DNA of 64,000 bases from Candidatus Eiseniibacteriota bacterium (GTDB lineage Bacteria; Eisenbacteria; RBG-16-71-46). The notes beneath the pieces are model-generated. The model had not been told where the DNA came from. It saw only the letters and a program-made list of their open reading frames with translations, and did no database searches. Shown here in pieces: positions 18,615-27,452 of the stretch; within the stretch, counting starts at the first letter, position 1, and each line of letters begins with the position of its first letter. The translations under genes and the position numbers were made by a program. The DNA lies in NCBI GenBank assembly GCA_038231135.1, contig JBBRLX010000008.1:1-64000 (forward strand), in the 5' to 3' direction.

Positions 18615-18851
18615 TCAGTCGGCGATCTCGAGCGAAGCCTTGCGTCCGGCGAGCGACGCGGCGGCCCCGAGCACGAGGCGCAGCGAGCGGGCGGTGCGCC
18701 CCTGCTTGCCGATCACGTGTCCGAGATCATCCTGGTTCACCGCCAGCTCGAGGCTGGTCTCGGATCCGACGCCGAGGATCGCGACATCGACATCGTCCGG
18801 ATGGTCCACGAGGCCGCGGGCCACCAAGGTCACCAGATCGCGGAACTTCAG
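18615..18851 (-). CDS. khpA: KH-domain RNA-binding protein KhpA (UPF0109)
   Basis: LVARGLVDHPDDV..., DDLGHVIGKQGRTARSLR. The best start is a CTG overlapping the upstream TGA, giving 78 aa. The start is uncertain. Confidence 0.88.
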   Translation of the reverse strand: MKFRDLVTLVARGLVDHPDDVDVAILGVGSETSLELAVNQDDLGHVIGKQGRTARSLRLVLGAAASLAGRKASLEIAD

Positions 18852-19906
18852 GTCGCCGTCGTCGGGATCGCGGCGGGGGGCTTCGTACCGGTTTGCGGGG
18901 GGCGGGGTACTGGAACGGATGATAGTCTCCGCCCCGCCCAGAGAAACAGGGTCATCCACAGGCCCAACAGGAGGAGTGTTGGCGCCGGCCGGTTGAGCCG
19001 GAGTACCGCGACCCCGCTTGCGCAGAGGGCGGCCGAACTGAACCACACCAGAAGGACGGTTCTCGTCTGACATTGGAGGAGGCTCGCAATTCGGTGGTTG
19101 GTGTGATCCTTGCCGCCCTGGGACAGCCTGCGGCCGTCCCGCGTGCGAGTGATCACCACGAAGAACAGATCGAATGCCGGATAGCCGAGCATGAGGACGG
19201 CACCGGGCCGTCCCCAGCCGACCGGAGCCGCATTGTACGCGAGCAGGGCGGAGGCGCCCAAACAGTACCCCAGGAACAGGCTGCCCGCGTCGCCGAGGAA
19301 GATCCGCGCCCGGGGGAAGTTGTAGCGCAGGAACCCCATGCAGGCGCCCGCCAGGGCGAGCTGGCCTGCGGCCAGCACGTAGGCTCCGGAGGACCAGGAC
19401 AGGAACGCGAACCCGAGCAGCGCGATCGCGGCCAGGCCGCCCACGACGCCGTTCATGTTGTCGAGGAAGTTGACGGCGTTCATGAGCGCGACCAGCGACA
19501 CCAGCGCGATCACGGCGTTCAGCGCCACCGGCAGTCCGAAATCGGGAATGTGGCCGGAGCTGAGCAGCAGCGCCGCGGCGGCGGCCTGACCCAGGAACTT
19601 GATGCGCGGGTTCATGCCGAGCCGGTCGTCCCACATCCCGAACAGCAGCGCGAGCACCGCGCCCGAGATAATCCGCGCACCCTCGCCCGCGGGCCCGAGA
19701 ACCGGCCGCAACTGGAGCGACGCGCCCCACGCGATCAGCGCACACAGAAACACCACCGCTCCGCCCAGCAGCGCGGTTGCGGTGGTGTGGAGTTTTCTCG
19801 CCTCGGGGTGGTCCAGGTAGCCCGTAATCCAGGCGACCCGGGTTCCCACCGGCGTCAACAGCAGTGACAGTACGAGAGCCAGCCCGAACGCGATCGCGAA
19901 CACCAT
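18848..19906 (-). CDS. WecA/TagO-like undecaprenyl-phosphate N-acetylhexosamine-1-phosphate transferase (MraY family)
   Basis: DHPEARKLH, GMWDDR, NAVNFLDNMNG, YNFPRARIFLGDAGS and DHTNHR motifs. Many TM segments. Confidence 0.92.
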   Translation of the reverse strand: MVFAIAFGLALVLSLLLTPVGTRVAWITGYLDHPEARKLHTTATALLGGAVVFLCALIAWGASLQLRPVLGPAGEGARIISGAVLALLFGMWDDRLGMNPRIKFLGQAAAAALLLSSGHIPDFGLPVALNAVIALVSLVALMNAVNFLDNMNGVVGGLAAIALLGFAFLSWSSGAYVLAAGQLALAGACMGFLRYNFPRARIFLGDAGSLFLGYCLGASALLAYNAAPVGWGRPGAVLMLGYPAFDLFFVVITRTRDGRRLSQGGKDHTNHRIASLLQCQTRTVLLVWFSSAALCASGVAVLRLNRPAPTLLLLGLWMTLFLWAGRRLSSVPVPRPPQTGTKPPAAIPTTAT

Positions 19907-19931
19907 GCACCGGTTCCGGCCGCAGCGGCGG

Positions 19932-20930
19932 TCAGGCCGTCTGCAAACCCACGGGACACGGTATGCCCATGAAGTCACACATGTCCCGCACCGTCATCTC
20001 GAGCAGCTGATGACTGGAGATCTCGGGACGGAATCCGACGTAGCGCTCGATCTTGCGCAGATCGGGCACCCGGCGGCGCATGTCTTCGAACGAACTGCCA
20101 TACACCTTTTCGTAGGGAACGAACTCGATCTCGGACTTGCTGTCGCACATCTTGCGGATGCGCTGGGCGAGTTCGAGCACGGTCACTTCCTCGTCGCTGC
20201 CGACGTTGAACACCTGACCGTAGGCCTCTTCGTTGTCCGCCAGGAGCAGGACTCCGCGCACCACGTCGTGCACCGCGGAGAAACATCGCGATTGCTGGCC
20301 GTCGCCGAACACCAGGATCGGCTCGTTGCGCATCGCGCGCTGGATCATGTTCGGAATCACCATGCCGTAGGCGCCGCTCTGGCGCGGACCGCAGGTGTTG
20401 AAACATCGCACCGCGATGACGGGCAGCTGACGCTGCTGGTAGTAGGCCTGGGCCAGGCACTCGTCCACCGCCTTGCCACACGCATACGACCAACGCAGCT
20501 TCTGCGTGGAACCCATGACCCGGTCGTCGTCCTCGGAGAACGGAACGCTGACGCCCTTGCCATAGACTTCGCTGCTCGAAAAGATCATGACGCGACGTTC
20601 ATGCTCGTCGCAGGCTTCGAGAACGACCTCGGTGCCGCGAATGTTCGTGATCAGCGAGCGAAGCGGGTTCTCGAGCACGTATTTTACGCCGACGGCGGCG
20701 GCGAGATGGAACACACGGTCACATTGGGCTACCAGGCCATGGACCAGAGCTGTGTCGGTTACGTTGCCCTCGAGAAAGCGGAAGCGGGGATGACGCTCAA
20801 ATGAGCGAAGGTTCTCGAGGCGGCCGGTGGAGAGGTCGTCGAGCGCCCATACCTCCGCGCCCTTGTTCAAAAGGGCTTCGGAGAGATGGGACCCGATGAA
20901 ACCCGCACCCCCTGTGACGAGGACTCTCAT
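19932..20930 (-). CDS. NAD-dependent nucleotide-sugar epimerase/dehydratase (extended SDR)
   Basis: VLVTGGAGFIGSHL, HLAAAVGV, SSSEVYGK, RWSYACGK and FNTCGPRQ motifs. Confidence 0.93.
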   Translation of the reverse strand: MRVLVTGGAGFIGSHLSEALLNKGAEVWALDDLSTGRLENLRSFERHPRFRFLEGNVTDTALVHGLVAQCDRVFHLAAAVGVKYVLENPLRSLITNIRGTEVVLEACDEHERRVMIFSSSEVYGKGVSVPFSEDDDRVMGSTQKLRWSYACGKAVDECLAQAYYQQRQLPVIAVRCFNTCGPRQSGAYGMVIPNMIQRAMRNEPILVFGDGQQSRCFSAVHDVVRGVLLLADNEEAYGQVFNVGSDEEVTVLELAQRIRKMCDSKSEIEFVPYEKVYGSSFEDMRRRVPDLRKIERYVGFRPEISSHQLLEMTVRDMCDFMGIPCPVGLQTA

Positions 20931-21363
20931 GCTCTTCCCTCTCATCTCAATGGCTTCGACGTGTGGACGCTTGCCGGTTATCGGCCGTCGCCAGTCCGCT
21001 CCACAGTCAACGAAACCATGCGTGGAAACACGCTCAGGCGTTGTAGGGTGGTATAGGAAGTGGCTTCAAGTCACGAGCTACTGCGAAACCAACCGTCAAT
21101 TTCAGGAGGGTAGCAACGAGGTCTCGGTCAGGTTCTCCTGCGCAGTGGTCGTCGGGTGCGACTGAGAGTGCGAGGGCAGCGGATTGTACAGCCAACTTTC
21201 GCCGCTGCGAATAGTTTCGCACATTCACCCGCCGCTTGTCACGCACAGAACATCGATTCCTTCCCAATCCCTGGAAAACGTTCCTGCTTCGACGGAACCG
21301 GTCCAAATCGTCCTCGAGGAGCCACCCGAAAATGGGTCGTGCGATGGGTCACGGAAGGCGGAC

Positions 21364-22623
21364 TTGAAGTCCGAGTCATCGAATACTTCCGCTTGGAACT
21401 CGATCGCGCGACTTTGTTTCGTGTTGCTAATCGCGGCACTGCCTTGGACCATCGCCCCGATGTCCATAACCGTGGCGCTTTGCGCGGCCTGCACCGTGCC
21501 GATCTGGGTGACCGAGCGTGACCGTGAGGGGTTTCGGAATCCGGTTACACTGCCCGCGATCGGCTGGCTGGTCGCACTTGTACTATCGGCCGTCTTTGCC
21601 CTCGACCGCAGCGCCAGTTGTGCAAGGCTCGTAAAGGGCCTGTTCCCAGCCCTTACGGCGCTCGGCGCGTGGCATACCAGCCGACCCGCCAACGGCCGCA
21701 GGGCCATCGGGGTACTGTTCGGGTCGTCGGTACTCGCCTGGATCTACGGTCTTGTGGTGTTCGTCCATCGGGGGGCCGGCTTCGCCTCCCGCGCCCGCGG
21801 AGCGGTCGGCCATTACATGACATTCGCCGGACAGATCTCGGTGGTGGCCTGTATCGCTTGCGGGATCGCGCTGACCGTCCAGGGCCGGGCGCGCCTGGCG
21901 GCGATCGGGGTGGCCCTGCTGGGTGCAGTCGCGCTCGCCGCCACCTATACGCGCAGCGCGTGGCTGGGGATGGTGGTCGCGCTCGCCGTCATGCTCGGCG
22001 TCTGGAGACCGCGATGGCTGGCCGGCCTCGCGGCCGTGGCGCTCGTCGTGTTCCTGATCGCCCCCGGGGCCTACCGCTCGCGGCTCGACAGCATGTTCGA
22101 CATCCACCATCCCAACAACGTCGAACGCACCTACATGTGGGGCGCCGGGATTCGCATGTTCCGGGACCATCCGTGGACCGGTGTGGGGCTCGAGGACCTG
22201 AAGCCGGTGTACGACCGCTACCGGCCGCCCGAGGCCCGTGAACGCGCCGGGCATCTGCACAGCGTGCCCATCCAGATCGCGGCCACCATGGGCATCGTGG
22301 GCCTCGTCGCGTTCGCGTTCCTCTACCTGGGGTTGTTCCGCTGCGCGACGTCGGGACTCCGGGGCACGCTCGCCGCGGCGCGTGACCCGCGTCCGGCAAC
22401 AGCCTCCGGCCCGGATCGTGCCCCCGGCGCGACGCCGGCTCCCGCCACCACCGACGCACGCTGGGCAGCGGGTCTGCGACTCGGGGTGCTGGGGGCGCTG
22501 GCCGGATTCCTCGTCGCGGGGCTGTTCGAGTGGAACTTCGGTGATGAGGAGCTGCTCTACCCGTTGTACCTGCTCGCGGGGATGGCGTGGGCCGCGCGGC
22601 GCTGGTCGGCGGATACGCGATGA
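21364..22623 (+). CDS. O-antigen ligase (WaaL/Wzy_C) family membrane protein
   Basis: TYTRSAWLG, ERTYMW...MFRDHPWTGVG and HLHS..IQIAATMGIVG motifs. Start uncertain (frame open from 21184; TTG 21364 chosen). Confidence 0.88.
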   Translation: MKSESSNTSAWNSIARLCFVLLIAALPWTIAPMSITVALCAACTVPIWVTERDREGFRNPVTLPAIGWLVALVLSAVFALDRSASCARLVKGLFPALTALGAWHTSRPANGRRAIGVLFGSSVLAWIYGLVVFVHRGAGFASRARGAVGHYMTFAGQISVVACIACGIALTVQGRARLAAIGVALLGAVALAATYTRSAWLGMVVALAVMLGVWRPRWLAGLAAVALVVFLIAPGAYRSRLDSMFDIHHPNNVERTYMWGAGIRMFRDHPWTGVGLEDLKPVYDRYRPPEARERAGHLHSVPIQIAATMGIVGLVAFAFLYLGLFRCATSGLRGTLAAARDPRPATASGPDRAPGATPAPATTDARWAAGLRLGVLGALAGFLVAGLFEWNFGDEELLYPLYLLAGMAWAARRWSADTR

Positions 22624-23903
22624 AGGTGGCGCTGGTCCACGACTGGCTCACTGGCATGCGTGGCGGCGAGCGGGTACTGGAACGGCTGTGCACGCGGTTT
22701 CCGGGCGCGCCCATCCACACGCTGGTGTGGAAACCGGGCGCGGTGTCGCCGCTCATCGAGTCCCACCCGATCCGCACCGCGTTCATCCAGGAGCTGCCGG
22801 CGGCCACCCGGATCTATCGCTGGTATCTTCCGCTGTTCCCGCGCGCGATCGAGGCGTTCGACCTTCGCGGCTACGACGTGGTGGTGTCGTCGAGCCACTG
22901 CGCGGCGAAGAGCGTCCGCACGGCGCCCGCCACGTTCCACCTGAGCTACCTCCACACGCCGATGCGCTACGTCTACGAGCTGCAGGACGCGTACTTTCCG
23001 CCGGGCATGTTCCCGTGGCCGGTGTCGTCGGTGGTGTCCCGCACGCTCGCGCGGCTGCGCCGGTGGGACATCGCCACCGCGAACCGCCCGAACGCGATGC
23101 TGTGCAACTCGGCGTTCGTCGCGGCGAAGATCGCGCGGTTCTACCGGCGCCGGGCGGAGGTCATTCATCCTCCGGTCGACATCCACCGGTTCGGCGCGGC
23201 GGCGATCGCGGAGGCACGAGCGGCGCGCAGCGACCCCGCATGGCCCGAGACGCGGTCCGGGCGCGGCGCGGCCTCCGCGCCCCGCGCCGCGGACACGTTG
23301 TTCGGGGATCCGGCGCTCGCGCACGACAGCATCGGCCGGCCGTTCTACCTGCTGGCGGGCGCGTTCGCCCCCTACAAACGTGCCGACCTCGCGATCCGCG
23401 CCTGCCTCCAGCTCGGCCGGCGCATCCTGGTGGTGGGCACCGGCCAGGACGAGCGTGCACTGCGCCGGTTGGCGCAGCCGGGGGTCGAGTTCGTGGGCTG
23501 GGCGTCGGACCCGCACCTGGCGGCGCTCTACCGGCAGGCGCAGGCGCTGATCTTCCCGGGCGAGGAGGACTTCGGCATCGTGCCGGTCGAGGCGATGGCG
23601 AGCGGCTGCCCGGTGATCGCCTACGGCAGCGGCGGCGCGATGGAGACCGTCGGCCGGGGCGCGGGCGAGGACGAACGCGTACGCATCTCGTCGGGCGGCG
23701 TCGCGCGCGTGCCGGGCGGCGTGCTGTTCGGGACCCAGAGTCTCGCGGGCGTGGTGGACGCGATCCAGGAGTTCGAGCGGCTGCCGTTCAACCGCGAGGT
23801 CCTCCCGGGCCTCACCGAGCCGTTCTCGGTGGAGCGCTTCGACCGCGAATTCGACGCCGCGTTCGAGCGCCACCGGCGCGCGTGGCGCGATGGGAAGCGC
23901 TGA
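22620..23903 (+). CDS. Glycosyltransferase family 4
   Basis: MKVALVHDWLTGMRGGERVL, HTPMRY and EEDFGIVPVEAMASGCPVIAY motifs. ATGA overlap with the upstream stop. Confidence 0.95.
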   Translation: MKVALVHDWLTGMRGGERVLERLCTRFPGAPIHTLVWKPGAVSPLIESHPIRTAFIQELPAATRIYRWYLPLFPRAIEAFDLRGYDVVVSSSHCAAKSVRTAPATFHLSYLHTPMRYVYELQDAYFPPGMFPWPVSSVVSRTLARLRRWDIATANRPNAMLCNSAFVAAKIARFYRRRAEVIHPPVDIHRFGAAAIAEARAARSDPAWPETRSGRGAASAPRAADTLFGDPALAHDSIGRPFYLLAGAFAPYKRADLAIRACLQLGRRILVVGTGQDERALRRLAQPGVEFVGWASDPHLAALYRQAQALIFPGEEDFGIVPVEAMASGCPVIAYGSGGAMETVGRGAGEDERVRISSGGVARVPGGVLFGTQSLAGVVDAIQEFERLPFNREVLPGLTEPFSVERFDREFDAAFERHRRAWRDGKR

Positions 23904-24833
23904 ATGGGCCCGGGTGATCCGGCGGCGGCCGGCGCCGGATCCGCACCGGGGCGGGATCGCATCCGGCTGTCGGCGGTGATCGCGACGCTGGGTCGCGCGG
24001 GGCCGCTCGCGGCCTGCCTCGACGGCATCGCGCGCTCGGGACCCGCGGACCTCGACGTCATCGTCGTGCATCAGGGCCAGGACGACGCGATCCCGGCACT
24101 CGCGGAGCGCCATGGCGCACGCTACCTCAGGCTCGAGCGTCGCGGGTTGTCGCACGCGCGCAATCGCGGCATCGCCGTGGCGCGCGGCGCGTGGGTGTGG
24201 TTTCCCGACGACGACTGCGTGCCGGATCCCGGGTTCGCACGCGCGCTGTTCGCGTTCCTCGACGCCAGGGCCGCGCTCGGCTTCGCGTGCGCGAACGTGC
24301 GCGATCCGTCGGGCACGGCGCTCGCGCCCGCGATGGCCGGTCACGAGTACCCGATCCGCACGCCGCGCGAGGTGATGCGTGGGGTGGTGAGCGCGGGCCT
24401 CGTCGTGGCGCGCGCCGCGCTCGAGCACGCCGGCGGCTTCGACGAGCGCCTCGGCGCGGGCGCGCCGTTCCCGAGCGGCGAGGAGAGCGACCTGGTGCTG
24501 CGGTTGCTGCGCCTAGGCTGGCGCGGGGCCTACTGTCCGGACGCGCGGGTGCTGCACGACGAGCCATGGACGGTGCGCACGCCCGCCGAACAGGCGGCGC
24601 GCGCGCGCGCGTACGGCCGCGGCTGGGGCGCGCTGTTCGCGAAGCACGGCGCGCGGCCGCGCGATCCCAGGATGCTCGCGCTGTTCGCCGAGTACCTGGC
24701 GCGGGCCGGCGCCGGCGCCGCCCTCGCCGCCGTGTCGGGCCGCGCCGCGGAGGCCGGCCGCCGCCGCGCGTCGTTGGCGGGCCGCTGGTCCGGATTCCGC
24801 GACTGGCTCGCCACGCCGGACGCCGCATGCTGA
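23904..24833 (+). CDS. Glycosyltransferase family 2
   Basis: GLSHARNRG, FPDDD and GGFDERLGAG...SGEESDLVLR motifs. Confidence 0.9.
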   Translation: MGPGDPAAAGAGSAPGRDRIRLSAVIATLGRAGPLAACLDGIARSGPADLDVIVVHQGQDDAIPALAERHGARYLRLERRGLSHARNRGIAVARGAWVWFPDDDCVPDPGFARALFAFLDARAALGFACANVRDPSGTALAPAMAGHEYPIRTPREVMRGVVSAGLVVARAALEHAGGFDERLGAGAPFPSGEESDLVLRLLRLGWRGAYCPDARVLHDEPWTVRTPAEQAARARAYGRGWGALFAKHGARPRDPRMLALFAEYLARAGAGAALAAVSGRAAEAGRRRASLAGRWSGFRDWLATPDAAC

Positions 24834-25939
24834 TCGGCATCGACGCCCGCAAGCTCGGCGACGGTGGCATCGGCACCTATATCCGGAGCCTCGGCGCGGC
24901 GCTGCTCGCGGACCCCGGGCCTCACGACTACGCCTGGTTCGTCGAACCCGCGGCCGCCGGACGCACGCCGTGGCCACGGCCCGCGCGCGAGATCGTGGTC
25001 CGTGCCGGCAAGTACTCGCTCGCCGAGCACTGGGTGCTGCCCCGCGCCGCGGCGGCCGCGGGGGTCGACGTGCTGCATGCGCCGCACTACACCCTGCCGC
25101 TGGGCTGGCGCGGACCCGCGGTGGTCACGATCCACGATCTGATCCACCTGCGATATCCCGGGTTCTTCCCGCCGGGCGCCGCCGTCTACGCGCGCGTCAT
25201 GGCCGGGCTCGCCGCGCAGCGGGCTCGCTGTGTGATCGCGAACTCCGAGTACACGAAGGCCGAGGTCGTGGAGCGTCTCGGCGTCGACCCCGGGCGCGTG
25301 CGTGTGATCCCGCTCGCCGTGGACGCCGAACTCACACGCGCGGCGCCCGGGGCCGTCGATGTGTTCCGCCGCGAACGCGGCCTGCCGGCGGACTACCTGC
25401 TGTACGTCGGCGCGCGCCGGCGCCACAAAAATCTCGCGCTGCTGCTGGAGGCGCTCGCCGCGATTCCGGCCGCGCACCGGCCGCCGCTGGTGCTGTCGGG
25501 CGTCCGCTGGCCCGGGGACGACCCGCTGGCGCGGCGGGCGGCCGAACTCGGCATCGCGGGAGCGCTCGCGTTCGCGGGCGACTTCGCCGACACCCATGCG
25601 CTGGCGTGCGTGTATTCGGGGGCGGCGCTCTACGTGCAGCCGTCCCTCACCGAGGGCTTCGGACTGCCGCCGCTCGAGGCGATGGCGTGCGGCACGCCGG
25701 TGCTTAGCTCGGACGGCGGCGCGCTGCCCGAAACCGTGGGGGACGCGGCCGCGCTGCTGCCACCGCACGGTCCCGCGCGCTGGGCGTCCGAGATCGAGGC
25801 GCTGCTCGGCGACACCGCGCGCCGCGCCGCGCTCATGACGCGGGGCGCGGTCCGGGCCCGCGCGTGGTCGTGGGCCCGCGCCGCCGCCGCCACCCGCGAG
25901 GCGTACGACCAGGCGGGGAGCCTGCCCGGCGCCCGTTGA
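24827..25939 (+). CDS. Glycosyltransferase family 4 (mannosyl/rhamnosyltransferase-like)
   Basis: IGIDAR...GGIGTY, VVTIHDLI, HKNL and EGFGLPPLEAMACGTPV motifs. Confidence 0.94.
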   Translation: MLIGIDARKLGDGGIGTYIRSLGAALLADPGPHDYAWFVEPAAAGRTPWPRPAREIVVRAGKYSLAEHWVLPRAAAAAGVDVLHAPHYTLPLGWRGPAVVTIHDLIHLRYPGFFPPGAAVYARVMAGLAAQRARCVIANSEYTKAEVVERLGVDPGRVRVIPLAVDAELTRAAPGAVDVFRRERGLPADYLLYVGARRRHKNLALLLEALAAIPAAHRPPLVLSGVRWPGDDPLARRAAELGIAGALAFAGDFADTHALACVYSGAALYVQPSLTEGFGLPPLEAMACGTPVLSSDGGALPETVGDAAALLPPHGPARWASEIEALLGDTARRAALMTRGAVRARAWSWARAAAATREAYDQAGSLPGAR

Positions 25940-25971
25940 CAGATATCGCTGCCAGATGTATCTTTTAGATA
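25936..25971 (+). promoter_or_regulatory. Sigma70 promoter with overlapping palindromic operator, probably leaderless padR mRNA
   Basis: TTGACA(25936)-N17-TATCTT(25959)-N6-ATG(25971). Palindrome TATCT-TTT-AGATA at 25959-25971. Confidence 0.7.
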
Positions 25972-26621
25972 TGACACGCGAACGTTCCACCCGCTGGGCG
26001 ATCCTCGGCGCCCTCACGCTCGAGCCGATGTCCGGCTACGACATCCGTCGCAACGCGGCGGAGTCGTGGGGGCATTTCTGGAGCGAGAGCTACGGGCAGA
26101 TCTATCCCGCGTTGCGCGCGCTCGAAACCGAGGGGCTGGTGCGCGCCCGCGGCGTGAACCCGAAGGCCCGGCCGGGTGCACGGGCCCCCCGGCCCGCGGT
26201 ACGGACGGGGTCCCGCCCCGCCGCGAACGGCGCCGCCGCCGGTCGCGAGCGCCGCGAGTTCGAGATCACGCCGCGCGGGCGTGCCGCTCTGCGTCGCTGG
26301 CAGGACGAGGCGCCGGTCGAGAAGCCGCCGCGCAACGAGCTGCTGCTCAAGCTGATGTTCGGCGCGAACGCCGACCCGGCGGCGTTGCGCGGCCACGTGG
26401 AGCGTGTGCGCGACGCCGAGCGCCGCGATCGTGACGTGTGGGGCGAGCTGGAACGCACACTGCGGCGCGATGCCGCCGCGCGGCCGGAGCTGCCGTACTG
26501 GCTCGCGACGCTGAGCTACGGCCGCCATCACACGGACGCGATCCTGCGCTGGTGCGACGAGACACTTGCGGCGTTACCTGCCTCCGGGCGTGCGGCGCGG
26601 CACGGGAAGGGGCGGCGATGA
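25971..26621 (+). CDS. PadR family transcriptional regulator
   Basis: AILGAL...PMSGYDI...FWSESYGQIYPALRALE, ITPRGR..L..W and ELLLKL motifs. Confidence 0.95.
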   Translation: MTRERSTRWAILGALTLEPMSGYDIRRNAAESWGHFWSESYGQIYPALRALETEGLVRARGVNPKARPGARAPRPAVRTGSRPAANGAAAGRERREFEITPRGRAALRRWQDEAPVEKPPRNELLLKLMFGANADPAALRGHVERVRDAERRDRDVWGELERTLRRDAAARPELPYWLATLSYGRHHTDAILRWCDETLAALPASGRAARHGKGRR

Positions 26622-27355
26622 ACGACGCGACCACGGAAGCGGGCGCGGCACGGAACGAGAAGACGACGAACCGCGACACCGCGGTGGCCGCCGCCCGGCA
26701 TACGGTGATCGTATTGCTGGTGCTCACCGGGGTGGCCGCGCTGACGACCTGGCAGGTTGCGCAGCCCGGCGCCACCACGGCGGGCCGCAGCCACGTGATG
26801 CAGTACCTGGTGCTGATCGGCGCCGAATGGCTGCTCGTCCGCCTGGTGGCGGCCGGCATGGGCCGGCACGGCGTGTCGCTGCGCGGCCTCATCGCCGGCG
26901 GCCGGCCGCTCGCGAGCGCGCTCGGCGGCGTGGCGTGGCGGGCGGTGGTCACCTGGGTCGCGACGTTCTACCTGGGCGGGCTGCTCGTGAAGGCGCTCCA
27001 GCTGCACAGCGCCGGCGACGATCGGCACACCTCGGCGTTCCTGCTGCCGCACGGCCCGCTCGAGATCGTGCTGTGGATCGTGCTGGCGTCGACCGCAGGC
27101 ATCTGCGAGGAGATCGTCTACCGCGGATATCTGCAGCGGCAGTTCATCGCGTTCACGCGCCGGCCATGGCTCGGGATCGTGCTCACGTCGCTGGTGTTCG
27201 GCGCCGGGCACGCGTACCAGGGCTGGCGACCGGTGTGCGCGATCTCGATCTTCGGCCTGGTGTTCGGGATGCTGGCGCGGCGCTTCAACGATCTGCGCCC
27301 CGGCATCCTCGCGCATGCGTTCGAGGACCTGGTCAGCGGCCTCGGCGGCCACTGA
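26618..27355 (+). CDS. CPBP (Abi/CAAX protease) family intramembrane metalloprotease
   Basis: EEIVYRGYLQ, FGAGHAYQG and GILAHAFED motifs. ATGA overlap with padR. Confidence 0.92.
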   Translation: MNDATTEAGAARNEKTTNRDTAVAAARHTVIVLLVLTGVAALTTWQVAQPGATTAGRSHVMQYLVLIGAEWLLVRLVAAGMGRHGVSLRGLIAGGRPLASALGGVAWRAVVTWVATFYLGGLLVKALQLHSAGDDRHTSAFLLPHGPLEIVLWIVLASTAGICEEIVYRGYLQRQFIAFTRRPWLGIVLTSLVFGAGHAYQGWRPVCAISIFGLVFGMLARRFNDLRPGILAHAFEDLVSGLGGH

Positions 27356-27452
27356 CAGGCTGCTGAACGTCCCGCACGGGAACCCCCGGTCGTTCCATAT
27401 GGTCTAGTATCCCGGGAATGCTCCGCCCCCCGCCCTCCCTGTGCCCGGCAGC

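Noticed and set aside
18615..19910. 431-aa ORF suggesting a long KH fusion protein
   Set aside because: The upstream part overlaps the wecA-like gene in another frame; only the last ~78 aa are KhpA-like.
25955..25962. GATGTATC shared between the padR promoter and the hairpin of the 124-bp element
   Set aside because: An 8-bp match with different dyad spacing; insufficient to claim PadR binds the element.
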